64,000 nt of DNA from contig CAVUYA010000030.1 of NCBI GenBank assembly GCA_963745575.1, positions 27,913 through 91,912 of the forward strand, in the 5' to 3' direction. The translations under genes were made by a program, and so were the position numbers. Of the stretch, positions 47,381 to 59,846 are shown in pieces. The notes beneath the pieces were generated by a model. That model was not told where the DNA came from. It was given only the letters and a program-made list of their open reading frames with translations, and did no database searches. Origin of the DNA: an uncultured Actinomycetota bacterium. GTDB taxonomy: Bacteria > Actinomycetota > Actinomycetes > Streptosporangiales > Streptosporangiaceae. How positions within the stretch are numbered: the stretch's first letter is position 1; each line of letters begins with the position of its first letter.

Positions 47381-48541
47381 ACCAGGATGAACTCGTAGAG
47401 ATCAGGCCGTGGCGTCGGGCGTGCGCTTGTCGTATGACGGAAGCATGCGGTATGCGCAGCGGGGCGGGTACACGCCCGCCGAGCAGCAGCGGCGGGAGCG
47501 GCTGCGGCTGCGGGCAGCTGAGCGGTTCGCCCGCGGAGACGGGATCAGCGAGATCGCGCGGGACCTGCGAGTCACCGAAGGGTCGGTGCGGCGGTGGCGG
47601 CGCGCCTGGCAGGACGGCGGGATGGAGGCGCTCAGGTCCAGAGGGCCGGTGTCGCGGGAGAAGCTGAGCGCGCAGCAGTGGGCGCGGCTGGAAGCCGAGC
47701 TGAACCGGGGGCCGCTGGCGCACGGGTTCGCCGGGGACCAGCGGTGGACGCTGGGCCGGATCAAGACGCTGATCGGCAAGCTGTTTCATGTCGGGTACAC
47801 CGTCGAGGGCACCTGGAAGCTGATGCGCCGGCACGGCTGGTCGGCCCAGGTCCCGGTGCGCCAGGCGCTCGAACGCGATGAGGAAGCGGTGGCGGTGTGG
47901 AAGGCCGAGGTGTGGCCGGATATAAAAGCGCCGCGCGCGACCTGGGCGCCTGGATTTGCTTCGAGGACGAGGCGGGCCAGGGGCTGAGGCCGCCGAAGGG
48001 ACGCACCTGGGCCCGGCGCGGGGCCCGGCCGGTGGTGCGGGTGCGCGGCGCGGGCGGCGGGCGGGTCAGCATCGCCGGGGTGGCGTGCTACCGGCCCGGG
48101 GACCGGCCGCACCTGTTCTACACGCTGCGCGTGTACCGCCGCCGCAAGGGCGAGGCCAAGGGCTTCACCTGGAGCGACTACCGGGACCTGATCATCGCCA
48201 CCCACCGGGGGCTGTCCGCCCCGCTGATCTGGTGCTGGGACAACCTCAACATCCACCTGGCGCCGGAACTGGCGGACTTCGCGCAGGAGAATCAGGCCTG
48301 GCTGCGCATCTACCGGCTGCCCGCGTATGCGCCCGACCTTAATCCGGCGGAGGGGATCTGGTCACTGCTCAAGCGGGCCATGGTCAACTTCGCCGCCGCC
48401 GACCTGGACGGCCTGGTCCGCATCGTCAAGCGCAAGCTGAAGAAGATCCAGTACCGGCCCCACCTGATCGCCGGCTGCCTGGCCGGTACAGGCCTGAGAA
48501 TCGAACCCTGGTAACCATATGCACTACGAGTTCAATCTGGT
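47381..48541 (+). mobile_element. IS630-family insertion sequence (1161 bp)
   Basis: Terminal inverted repeats ACCAGGATGAACTCGTAGAG (left) and ACCAGATTGAACTCGTAGTG (right, reverse complement), 17 of 20 identical. Flanking TA at 47379-47380 and 48542-48543. Intergenic insertion. Confidence 0.85.
47445..48514 (+). CDS. IS630-family transposase produced by programmed -1 frameshift (orfA 47445-47987, orfB frame to 48514)
   Basis: orfA MRYAQRGGYTPAEQQRRERLRL... has the HTH. The orfB frame gives AARDLGAWICFEDEAGQ...CWDNLNIH...PAYAPDLNPAEGIW (DDE). Slippery ATAAAAG at 47922-47928 joins ...WPDIK to KSAARDLGAW. Confidence 0.85.
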
Positions 48542-48561
48542 TAGGCCATCGTAGAAGCCGG

Positions 48562-50166
48562 CTACCGGTAGCCGGGGCTCTCTGGTCCGGACCCCCGGTC
48601 ATCGGCGCCCGCCAGGTCGGGCGAGCGGCTGGCCTCGCCGCCCGGCCCGGCCGCAACCTCCTGCTGCACCCCGGAGCGCAGGCCCACCAGGGCCACGACC
48701 GCCGCCGCCGCCATGATCCCGGCCATGATGTACAGCACGGTCTGCGTGGACTGCGCGAAGTCGAGCCGGAAGAAATGAGGAATCGACGCAACGCTCCCGG
48801 ACCCGCCGTGGGACTGGGAGAGGGTCGCCGCCTCGGCGCTCGCCCGGGCCCTGGGCAGGCCGAGGGCGACCAGCGAGTTGGTGACGTGGTTGCGCATCTC
48901 GGTGACCAGGACGGTGCCGAGGATGGCCAGGCCCATGCTGGCTGCGTAGTTGCGGACCGTCTGGGTGATGCCGGTGGCCTCGCCGTAGGTGAGCCGGCTG
49001 GCCCGGTTGACCGCGTCCGTGCTGGCCGGCCCGAGCATGAATCCCATGCCGGCCCCGGCCAGGACGATGTACCACTGCTGCGCGCCGAAGTTGAGCCCGG
49101 TGGCCTTGCTGGCCCACAGCCAGAACCCGACCGCACCCAGCGCGCAACCGAAGAAGACCGGGCGCTTGGCCCCCACGCGGTCCAGCATCCGCCCGCCGAT
49201 CTGCGCCGCGACGACGAAGCCGAGGAAGAAGAACAGCAGGATGACGCCGGCCTGGGAGGATGACTTCCCCAGTGAGATCTGGGCGTACTCGCTGGCGAAG
49301 AAGAACACCGGGATGAAAGCCAGGTTGGTGATGAACAGCACGATGTTCTCGACCAGGAACGGCCGGATGCCGAAGATGCTCACCTTCATTAGCGGCTCGG
49401 GGGTGCGCGCCTCGACGAAGTAGAACACGACCAGGAGCGCCAGCCCGACGATGATGGACAGCCAGATGAGCGGGTTGTGCCAGCCCCAGATGTTCGACTG
49501 CTGGAATCCGAATACGCTCAGCGCCACGCCGGAGGCGATCAGGGCCAGGCCCCGGTAGTCCATCCGGGCCGGCTTGTGCTCCGTGACCGGCTTGGAGATG
49601 ACGATCAGCACCAGGGCGACCAGCGCGACCGGGATATTCACCCAGAAGATGGCCCGCCAGGTCCACTGGGTGAGAAAACCGCCCAGCACCGGGCCGATCG
49701 CGGTCAGTCCGCCGGCGACGCCGAAGAAGAGCGCCAGGGCCCGCCCGCGCTGGCGCAGCGGGAAGGTCTGCACCACGATGGCCAGCGCCGCCGGGAACAT
49801 GATCGCCCCGCCGAAGCCCTGGACGGCCCGGAAGATCACGATCCACGCTTCGGCAAAGCTTCCCTTCGGCGTCAGCCCGCACAGCGCCGAGGCACCGGCG
49901 AACACGATGATGCCGAGCGTCACCATCTTCCTGTGGCCGACCGTGTCAGCCAGCCGGCCGCCGAAGGCGAAGAACGCGCTGAGCGACAGCAGATAGGCGT
50001 TGACCATCCACTGCACACCGGTGCTGGACAGGCCGAGTTCCCGCTGGATGTTGGGCACCGCTATAGACACGATCGTCTGGTCGATGAAGATCATCGCGAC
50101 AGCGAAGATCATCGCCGCCAGAACCAGGCTCTTGGACCGGCCGCCAGTGGCGCTGCTGACTGTCAT
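48562..50166 (-). CDS. MFS drug/H+ antiporter, DHA2 (EmrB/QacA) family, 14 TM
   Basis: 534 aa. IFIDQTIVSIAVPNIQRELG, GGRLADTVGHRK, and a 14-helix layout. Confidence 0.9.
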   Translation of the reverse strand: MTVSSATGGRSKSLVLAAMIFAVAMIFIDQTIVSIAVPNIQRELGLSSTGVQWMVNAYLLSLSAFFAFGGRLADTVGHRKMVTLGIIVFAGASALCGLTPKGSFAEAWIVIFRAVQGFGGAIMFPAALAIVVQTFPLRQRGRALALFFGVAGGLTAIGPVLGGFLTQWTWRAIFWVNIPVALVALVLIVISKPVTEHKPARMDYRGLALIASGVALSVFGFQQSNIWGWHNPLIWLSIIVGLALLVVFYFVEARTPEPLMKVSIFGIRPFLVENIVLFITNLAFIPVFFFASEYAQISLGKSSSQAGVILLFFFLGFVVAAQIGGRMLDRVGAKRPVFFGCALGAVGFWLWASKATGLNFGAQQWYIVLAGAGMGFMLGPASTDAVNRASRLTYGEATGITQTVRNYAASMGLAILGTVLVTEMRNHVTNSLVALGLPRARASAEAATLSQSHGGSGSVASIPHFFRLDFAQSTQTVLYIMAGIMAAAAVVALVGLRSGVQQEVAAGPGGEASRSPDLAGADDRGSGPESPGYR

Positions 50167-50280
50167 GGCCTCCCCGTATCGCCCGGGGCCGCGGCCGCGG
50201 CCTGGCCGATGGTGACGCTTCGCTACCCTACGCCAGCAGTCCGACGGCTAGGGCGACAGGGATCATCCCGGCCGGCGCCT

Positions 50281-50460
50281 AGAGAGGCCGGGACCAGCCG
50301 GCCGACGCCAAGGGAGGCCGGGACCAGCCCGCCAGCGCCAAGGGAGGCCGGGACCAGCCCGCCGACGGCCAGAAAGGCCGGGACCAGCCGGCCAGCGCCA
50401 AGGGAGGCCGGGACCAGCCCGCTGACGGCCAAGGCAGACCGGCCCAGCCGAGCGGCCTCG
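50281..50460. repeat. 30-bp tandem repeat (5 good units plus 1 degenerate)
   Basis: Units AGGGAGGCCGGGACCAGCCCGCCAGCGCCA at 50281, 50311, 50341, 50371 and 50401, with a degenerate unit at 50431. Lies in the 413-bp divergent region between the MFS exporter and the beta-propeller gene. Confidence 0.9.
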
Positions 50461-50578
50461 GGAAAGACCGGCGCCGCTGAGCCGCGGCCGGTGTCCCCCG
50501 GTTAGGTGACATGACCGGCCCGTCGGCCCGGCCTACTAATACGTGTGGAGTATTGCCGACATCAACGGGAGGGCATTC

Positions 50579-51760
50579 ATGCTCCGCATCAGATCCGCCG
50601 TGACCTTAGCGGCACTGGGCGCCGCGGCGGTGCTGGCCGTCGGCCCGGCGACCGCCGCCAGCGGCTGGAATATCATCTCCGCCCCGCCCACCGGGCAGAA
50701 CGCCAACCTGCAGGGCGTCAGCGCGGTGTCCGATTCAGACGCCTGGGCGGTGGGTTCCGCCCACGGCGCCGCCAACACGGGCATCGGCTCCAAGGTGCTC
50801 ATCGACAACTGGAACGGCACGGCCTGGTCCCAGGTCGCCACGCCGACCACCCCGGGCAACACGGCCACCCTGGTGGCGGTCAGCGCGAGCAGCGCCACCG
50901 ACGCCTGGGCGGTCGGGCACACGCAGGTGAACAAGTCGGGCTTCGCCCCGCTGGCCCTGCGCTGGAACGGGACGGCCTGGTCGGTCTCGCCCAGCGCCGC
51001 CACCGCGCTGGCCGGACAGATCGCGGACGGGGTGGCGGACATCAGCCCCACCGACGCCTACGCGATCGGCGGCGGCCTGGGCAGCGCGCACAGCGGGCTG
51101 GTCGCGCAGTGGAACGGCACGACCTGAACGAGGATAACGGTGCCGCCGCCGAACAATAACAACATGCTCAGCAACCTGAACGCGATATCCGCCGACGGCC
51201 CGAACGACGTGTGGATCGTCGGGACCTTCCTCGACGAGATCAGCCCGACCTTCTTCCCGACCGAGACCTATTCGCTGCACTGGAACGGGACCACCTGGAG
51301 TGTGGTGCCGATGCCGCTGATCAACAGCTCCAACATCAACGCGTTCTTCCACTTCAACGCGATCAAGGCGAACAGCCCCACCGATGTGTGGGCCGTGGGC
51401 GACAGCGGCGTGGTCGACGGCGGCAGCAGCACCCTCATCGAGCACTGGAACGGGACGGCGTGGAGCATCGTGCCGAGCCCGTCCCCTGGGTCCGATGACC
51501 TCCTCAGCGGCGTGACCACGAGCAACGCGGCGAACGACGGGTGGGCGGTCGGCTCCGGCGTGCCCGCGGGCGCGACCCAGGCGCAGACCCTCACGCTGAA
51601 CTGGAACGGCACCGCGTGGACCACCGTGGCCAGCCCGGACGTCGGCAGCCCCAGCGTGCTGAACTCCGTGTCCACCAACCCCGGGGCCGCGATCGTCTGG
51701 GCGGTCGGCCAGAGCGGGGCCTCCGGCTCGTTCAATCCGCTCGTGCTCCAGAACGGCTAA
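50579..51760 (+). pseudogene. Secreted six-bladed beta-propeller-like repeat protein with an in-frame TGA
   Basis: Signal peptide MLRIRSAVTLAALGAAAVLAVGPATAAS. Six WNGT[AT]W blades. Track ORFs 50543-51127 and 51140-51760 share one frame. TGA 51125-51127 sits where the repeat consensus has Trp (QWNGTT*TRI). Confidence 0.7.
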
Positions 51761-52035
51761 CGGCGGGCTGTGCGCCCCGGCCCGTGCGCGTGGCCTGTAC
51801 GGGCCGGGGCGTCCGCTCGCTGATCTGCTGAGTTCCTTGCTCAGCAAGGGACTGAGATCCACGCCCGTACTGGCGAGAAAGCTCGCGAGGAGGGCGGGCC
51901 GGTAGTGAGACACGCCCTCCATCCGGGGATGCCGAGCTGGCTGGCACCGCAGAAGGACGAGCGGATCGCGATTTCCTGGGTAGGACACCGCAGGACCGGA
52001 AGCCCGCCGGGGTGCCGCCGGACACGGAGGAGACC

Positions 52036-52143
52036 ATGAGGCTTCTCAAATGGGTAGTTATCATTGGCTTCATAGGTGTATGCGTGCTTGTGCTGGTCAG
52101 CAAGGATGACATACGCCGCATGCGGCAGATGCGGCAGATGTGA
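52036..52143 (+). CDS. Small membrane protein (35 aa), DUF6893-like
   Basis: Not in the ORF track (too short). GGAGGAG RBS at 52026-52032. MRLLKWVVIIGFIGVCVLVLVSKDDIRRMRQMRQM*. Locally lower GC. Confidence 0.5.
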   Translation: MRLLKWVVIIGFIGVCVLVLVSKDDIRRMRQMRQM

Positions 52144-52171
52144 GGGGCCGGGCGCCCGGCGCCGCCTCCTG

Positions 52172-52410
52172 CTACAGCCAGTCCTTGCGCCGGAAGACGA
52201 CGTAGAGCACGATCGCGATGACCGCCATGACCCCGAACGCGGCCGTGGCTCCCCATGGCTTGTCGAATCCCGGATAGGGGACGTTCATGCCGTAAACCCC
52301 GGTGATGAGCGTCGGCACGGCGATGATCGCCGCCCAGCTCGTGACCTTCTTGGTGATGACGTTCATGCGATTGCCCTGGATGGTGATGTTCGTTTCCAGG
52401 ATCGTGGCCG
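52172..52410 (-). pseudogene. C-terminal remnant of a CorA-family magnesium transporter
   Basis: ...ATILETNITIQGNRMNVITKKVTSWAAIIAVPTLITGVYGMNVPYP...VVFRRKDWL* has the GMN motif and two TM helices. Only about 80 codons remain. An in-frame TAG at 52430-52432 bounds it upstream. Confidence 0.7.
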
Positions 52411-52429
52411 GGTGGCCGGGAGATGGCGG

Positions 52430-53993
52430 CTAGGTGGGCCGAGGGGCGAGGCCAGGATAGAGCGCGCCGGCCCGGTCGTTCAGGTAGCCGAGAGCCTGCT
52501 CGCTGGTGGCGGTCTTCGGGTCGATGCCCGCGACGTGACCGTTGTGCAGGGCATCCAGCGCGATGGCGGCGCCAAGCAGGTGCTGTCCCAGCTGCGGGAG
52601 CGGCCGGTCCGGCGGCACCGCCGGGGCGGCCTGCTGGGGCACCGCCGGGGCGTGACCCCCGGCCAGTCTTCCTGCGGCCGGGGGGTGGCGCGGGTCAAGA
52701 CGGGCGCGATGCCGGGCGCGGTGGCGTCGCGGTCGGTCAGCGGGGGCCCGAGGTTCCACCGGGCGCGCAGCGTCGCGATCAGCGAGGTATTGCCGTAGGG
52801 GCGGGTGACGACGGTCTGCGGGTCGATGTAGGCGGACACGGCCAGGGCGGGGATACGGACCCCGGCCCGGTTGAACCCGAACCCCATCTGGCCGGGCGGG
52901 TCGGCCGCATGGGGCGGGGCGGCCCGTGGCGGCGGGACATGGTCGTAGGTCCCGCCGTGCTCGTCGAACGTCACCAGGAACAGCGTGTTGGCGAAGTTGG
53001 AGCCGCCGGCGGTCTCCGACGCGCGCACGGCCGAGTAGATGCGGGCCAGCAGGTTCTCCCCGCCCAGGATTCGGCGACGGCGGGTTGGGCGCGTCGCCGT
53101 CGAGCAGCCACGAGCTGACCGGAGGGTGGTAGTCGTTGTGGTTGCGGATCAGGGACGGCTCGATGAACGAGTACGCGGGCAGGCGGCCGTGCTCGGCGTC
53201 GTCGAAGAAGTCGTCCAGGTCGGAGAAGCGGGTGGCGAAGTGCTTCCACAGCTGGGTGGCGTGGATCAGCCCGGTGATCGACAGGCGCATGCCGGGGTCC
53301 ACGTACACCCGCCAGGGCAGGTCCGCGGCGTCGAGCCGCTCGAAGATGGTCGCGGCGTGGTTGTGCAGCGGGAAGTTCTCGTACGGGGTGTTGATCACGA
53401 ACCCCGATGAGCTGGCGGCGTGGTAGAAGGAGCGGTTGGCGAACGTCTGCGAGGGCACCTCGCAGTGCCAGTGGTCGAAGGTGGCGAACCCGCGGGCGAT
53501 CGCCGAGATGACCGGCACCTGCCCGGGGGTGTACCCGGTCATGATCTGCGCGTACTCCTCGTAGCCCGGCGGCCGCCCCTGCTCCGCGGTGAACGCGCTG
53601 ATGTAGTCGGCCACGAACCCGTCCATCGCCGGCACCGCGTCCGGGTCCGGCGGGCGCGTTGTACGGGGCGGTCATGTGCTCGCACAGCACGCCCCGGTTG
53701 CCGGGCGGGTCGATGATCCCGAACAGCTGGGTGTTGACGTGCGGGTACTCCTCCCCCGGGTCCGGGTTCGGGGTATCGGTGTTCGCCGCCACCGCGTAGG
53801 GCACGACCCCGCGGTCCGCGCCCGGCCCGGCCCAGGCCGGGATCGGGTTGCTCAGCTCCTTGCCGATCACGCCCTCGAACGAGGCGACTTCGCCGGGCTG
53901 GTACAGGCGGCCCAGGAGGTTGTCGAACGCGCGATTCTCGAACATAACGGACACGACGTGATCGAACTTCGCCCCGTCCCCGGCTCCGGCCAC
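52430..53993 (-). pseudogene. Phosphoesterase-family protein (PlcN/AcpA-like; three frame changes as assembled)
   Basis: GGAGGAGG RBS plus GTG 53993. KFDHVVSVMFENRAFDNLLG, then AMDGFVADY...FDHWHCEVPSQTFANRSF...IEPSLI, then FLVTFDEHGGTYDHVPPP, then ...ALDALHNGHVAG. The pieces lie in three frames (switches near 53640, 53058 and 52660). Confidence 0.7.
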
Positions 53994-54198
53994 GACCCCT
54001 CCTCCGCCTGCCCCTGTGGCTCGGGCCAGGGTACGCCGACGGTCTGCACTAGGGTTCGGGTTATGAGCGAGCCGGAGGGGCGCGGCGCCGCCTGGACTGA
54101 GGAGCGAGGGAGCCTGCGACCGAGCGACGAGGGAAGGCGGTGCAGTGAAGGGGGCATGGGGAGGCGGGCGGGGGCCGCAGGCGAGCGGGAAACGCCAC

Positions 54199-55023
54199 AT
54201 GACCGAACCGGCCCGCTACGCCGAGCCCCCGGCTCCCTCCTTCCTGTTCGACCTGGACGGCACGCTCATCGACAGCGTGTACCAGCACGTGCTCGCCTGG
54301 CGGGCGGCGCTGTCGCGGCTGGACATCGACCTGTCGGTGTGGCGGATCCACCGGCGGATCGGGATGAGCGGCGGGCTGTTCGTGTCCGCGCTGCTGCGGG
54401 AGACCGGGCGGACGCTGTCGGAGGACGACATCGCCCTGCTGCAGCGGGCGCACGGCGAGGAGTACCTGGCCCGGGCGGACTCGGTCCGGCCGCTGCCCGG
54501 CGCGGCGGACCTGCTGGCCGCGCTCACCGAGACGAAGGTGCCGTGGGCCATCGCGACCAGCGGGTACCGGGCCACCGCGGCCCACGCGCTGGACCTGCTG
54601 GGCCTGCCCGAGGACGCCCCGATGATCACCCGTGACATGGTCCGGCGGGCCAAGCCGGACCCGGACCTGTTCCTGGCCGCGGCCGCCCGGCTCGGGGTGG
54701 AGCCCCGGCACGCCTGGGTGGTCGGGGACAGCGTCTGGGACCTGCTGGCGGCCCGCCGGGCGGGCGCGCTCGGCATCGGCGTGCTGTCGGGCGGGTACGG
54801 CCGCGAGGAACTGGAGCGGGCCGGCGCCTACCGGGTGTACGCCGACCCCGCCGACCTGCTGGCCCGGGCCGACGAGGTCGGCGTGCGCGGGCTGGCGGCC
54901 CGGCAGGCACGAGTAGCCGCGGCAGCCGCCGCGTCCGGGCTACGGTCCAGCGCCCGTAGCCAGACGGCCGGTACCCCGTGGCCGGCGGCTCGTTCGGCAC
55001 CGGGCCTGCATGGATTCTGTTAG
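54199..55023 (+). CDS. HAD-superfamily hydrolase (phosphatase-like)
   Basis: Motif I FLFDLDGTLIDS, motif II ATSG, motif III-IV KPDPDLF...VGDSVWDLLAA. ATG 54199 preferred. The C-terminal tail looks low-complexity. Confidence 0.75.
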   Translation: MTEPARYAEPPAPSFLFDLDGTLIDSVYQHVLAWRAALSRLDIDLSVWRIHRRIGMSGGLFVSALLRETGRTLSEDDIALLQRAHGEEYLARADSVRPLPGAADLLAALTETKVPWAIATSGYRATAAHALDLLGLPEDAPMITRDMVRRAKPDPDLFLAAAARLGVEPRHAWVVGDSVWDLLAARRAGALGIGVLSGGYGREELERAGAYRVYADPADLLARADEVGVRGLAARQARVAAAAAASGLRSSARSQTAGTPWPAARSAPGLHGFC

Positions 55024-55122
55024 GGATCGTCTCCGCGCCGCATGGGTCGCGCTTGGACGCGGACCTTTGCCTTTTCCGGGCGATTCACTGGAGCGGTTAC
55101 CGCGGAAGCCTTGGAGGGCTCC

Positions 55123-55212
55123 ATGCTGGACCTGCTCTTTATCGGCCTGACGATCGTCGCCTTCGGCGTGCTGTGGCTCCTGGTCAAGGGGGTCGAGCGC
55201 TTTGAGCGTTGA
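55123..55212 (+). CDS. Small hydrophobic peptide (29 aa) preceding kdpF
   Basis: GGAGGG RBS at 55113-55118. MLDLLFIGLTIVAFGVLWLLVKGVERFER*. Overlaps the kdpF start by 11 nt. Not in the ORF track. Confidence 0.4.
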   Translation: MLDLLFIGLTIVAFGVLWLLVKGVERFER

Positions 55213-55291
55213 GAACTGGATCGGCCTGATCGGCGGCGTCCTGCTGACCGTCTACCTGTTCGTGGCCCTTGTCCTTCCTGAGAGGTTCTGA
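55202..55291 (+). CDS. kdpF: Potassium-transporting ATPase subunit F
   Basis: TTG start. (M)SVENWIGLIGGVLLTVYLFVALVLPERF*, the typical actinobacterial KdpF ending in PERF. Stop overlaps the kdpA ATG (55289-55293). Confidence 0.65.
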   Translation: MSVENWIGLIGGVLLTVYLFVALVLPERF

Positions 55292-56960
55292 TGAGTAGCA
55301 CCGCCGCGGGCTGGCTTCAGTTCGCCCTGCTGGTGGCCGCCCTGGCCGCCTGCTACGTGCCGCTCGGCAACTACATCGCGCACATCTTCACCACCGACAA
55401 GGACTGGGCGGTCGAGCGCGGGTTCTACAAGCTGATCGGCATCGACCGGACCGCGGACCAGAAGTGGTCCGTCTACGTGCGCAGCATCCTGGCGTTCTCG
55501 TTCGTCAGCGTGCTGTTCCTGTACGGGCTGCAGCGGCTGCAGCACTACCTGCCGTACAGCCAGGGCTTTCCCGGCGTCACGCCGGACACGGCCTGGAACA
55601 CCGCCGCCTCGTTCGTGACCAACACGAACTGGCAGAACTACGCCGGCGAGGCGACCATGGGCTACGTCGCGCAGATGAGCGGGCTCGTGGTGCAGCAGTT
55701 CCTGTCGGCCGCGGTCGGCCTGTCGGTGGCGATCGCGATGATCCGCGGCTTCACCCGGTCCCGGACCGACAAGCTCGGCAACTTCTGGGTGGACGTCACC
55801 CGCTGCACGGTCCGGCTGCTGATCCCGATGGCCATCGTCGGCGGGCTGATCCTCATCGCCGGCGGCGCGATCGAGAACTTCCACGCCTACCAGACGGTCA
55901 CCACCCTGGCCGGCGGCCACCAGACGATCCCCGGCGGCCCGGTGGGCTCCTCGGAGATCATCAAGAACCTGGGCAACAACGGCGGCGGCTGGTTCAACAC
56001 GAACGCTGCGCACTCGTTCGAGAACCCCAACCCGTTCACGAACTGGTTCATCATCTTCACGCTGCTGCTGATCCCGTTCGCCACGCCGCGGGCGTTCGGC
56101 AAGATGGTCAAGGACAACCGGCAGGGCTACGCGCTGCGTCGCGGTCATGGTGATCATCTGGGCGGCCGCGGTCGGCGGGATCAGCCTGTTCGAGGCGCAC
56201 ACCAGCATCGGCGGCACCGCCACGGTGCTCGCGGGCCACGCCGCGGAGGGCACGCAGGTGATGACCGGCACGCCCGGCTGCTCGTTGTTCGCGGCGTCCA
56301 CCACGGTGACCTCGACCGGCGCGGTGAACTGCTTCCATGATTCGCTGACCCCGTTCGGCGGCGGCATCGCGCTGTTCGACATCGCCCTCGGCGAGATCGC
56401 GCCCGGCGGCATCGGCGCCGGCATGTACGGCATCCTGATCCTGGCCGTCGTGACCGTGTTCGTGGCCGGGCTGATGGTCGGCCGCACGCCGGAGTACATC
56501 GGCAAGAAGATCCGCCCCACCGAGATGAAGTACGCGGCCCTGTACTTCCTGACCCTGCCGGTGGTCATCCTGACCGCGGCCGCGCTTGTCGATCGGCACG
56601 CACATCGGTCAGGACGCGATCTTCAATCCGGGGCCGCACGGCCTGACCGAGATCGTGTACGCGTTCGCCTCGATGGCCAACAACAACGGCTCCGCGTTCG
56701 CCGGCCTGGGCACGGCCGCGCCCTGGTACCAGGTCATGGGCGGGTTCGTGATGCTGTTCGGCCGGTTCGCGCCGGAGATCTTCGCGCTCGGCCTGGCCGG
56801 GTCGCTGGCCCGACAGCAGCCGGTGCCGGCCAGCGCGGGCACGCTCGATACCCGAACGCCGCTGTTCGTCGGCATGGTCGTCGGCGTGGTCCTGGTCCTG
56901 GTCGGCCTCACCTACTTCCCCGCCCTCGCGCTGGGCCCGTTCGCCGAAGGACTGCACTGA
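55291..56960 (+). pseudogene. kdpA: Potassium-transporting ATPase subunit A (two frame changes as assembled)
   Basis: Three consecutive frames carry the KdpA sequence: 55291 to about 56137 (...GKMVKDNRQGYAL), about 56138 to 56580 (VAVMVIIWAAAVGGISLFE...GRTPEYIGKKI) and about 56586 to 56960 (...[10 protein letters not shown]...FAEGLH*). Confidence 0.85.
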
Positions 56961-56961
56961 G

Positions 56962-59105
<2,144 letters not shown>

Positions 59106-59106
59106 C

Positions 59107-59748
59107 ATGAATCGTCTCCCCAGCATCGTCCGGCAGCACATCGCGGGACTGCGCCTGCTCCTGGTCTTCACCGTGCTCACCGGGATCATCTACCCGGTGT
59201 TCATGTGGGGGATCGCGCAGGCGGCGTTCAACCAGCAGGCCAACGGCTCGATGGTCAGCTACCACGGCCGCGTGGTCGGCTCCAGCCTGCTCTGCCAGGA
59301 GTTCGTCGACGCCAAGGGCAACCCGCTGCCGCAGTACTTCCAGCCGCGTCCGTCGCGACTGCGGTCCGTCGCGGCGCCGGCAAGAACGACTACGGCTGCG
59401 ACCCGCTGTACTCCTCCGCGTCGAACCTCGGCCCGAACAACTCGACGCTGGTCCAGCTGATCAAGCAGCGGCAGCAGCAGATCGCGAAGTTCGACCACGT
59501 GCCGGTCTCCGCAGATCCCGGCGGACGCGGTCACCGCCTCGGGCTCCGGCCTCGATCCCGACATCTCTCCGGCGAACGCCGCCATCCAGGTGGACCGGGT
59601 CGCGGCGGCCCGGCACGTCAGCCCGGCCGCGAGTCAGGCGCTGGTCAACCAGAACACCCAGGGCCGCGACATCGGGTTCCTCGGCGAGCCGCGGGTCAAC
59701 GTGCTCAACCTGAACATCGCCCTGGACCAGAAGTACCCGGTGCCGTAG
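59107..59748 (+). pseudogene. kdpC: Potassium-transporting ATPase subunit C (two frame changes as assembled)
   Basis: [30 protein letters not shown]..., then ...[17 protein letters not shown]..., then ...[30 protein letters not shown]...* (switches near 59350 and 59510). Confidence 0.8.
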
Positions 59749-59846
59749 GGCATCAGGCGGCCGGGTAACGGGGAAGGCGATGATCGCAGACGCGCGGGCG
59801 GACGGAGGGTCCGCCCGCACGCCCGGAGGCTGCGCTGGCCCCGCGG

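Noticed and set aside
55024-55122. c-di-AMP (ydaO/kimA-type) or other riboswitch in the kdp leader
   Set aside because: The leader is only about 100 nt and I could not recognise the conserved riboswitch helices or motifs. A covariance-model scan would be needed to exclude it formally.
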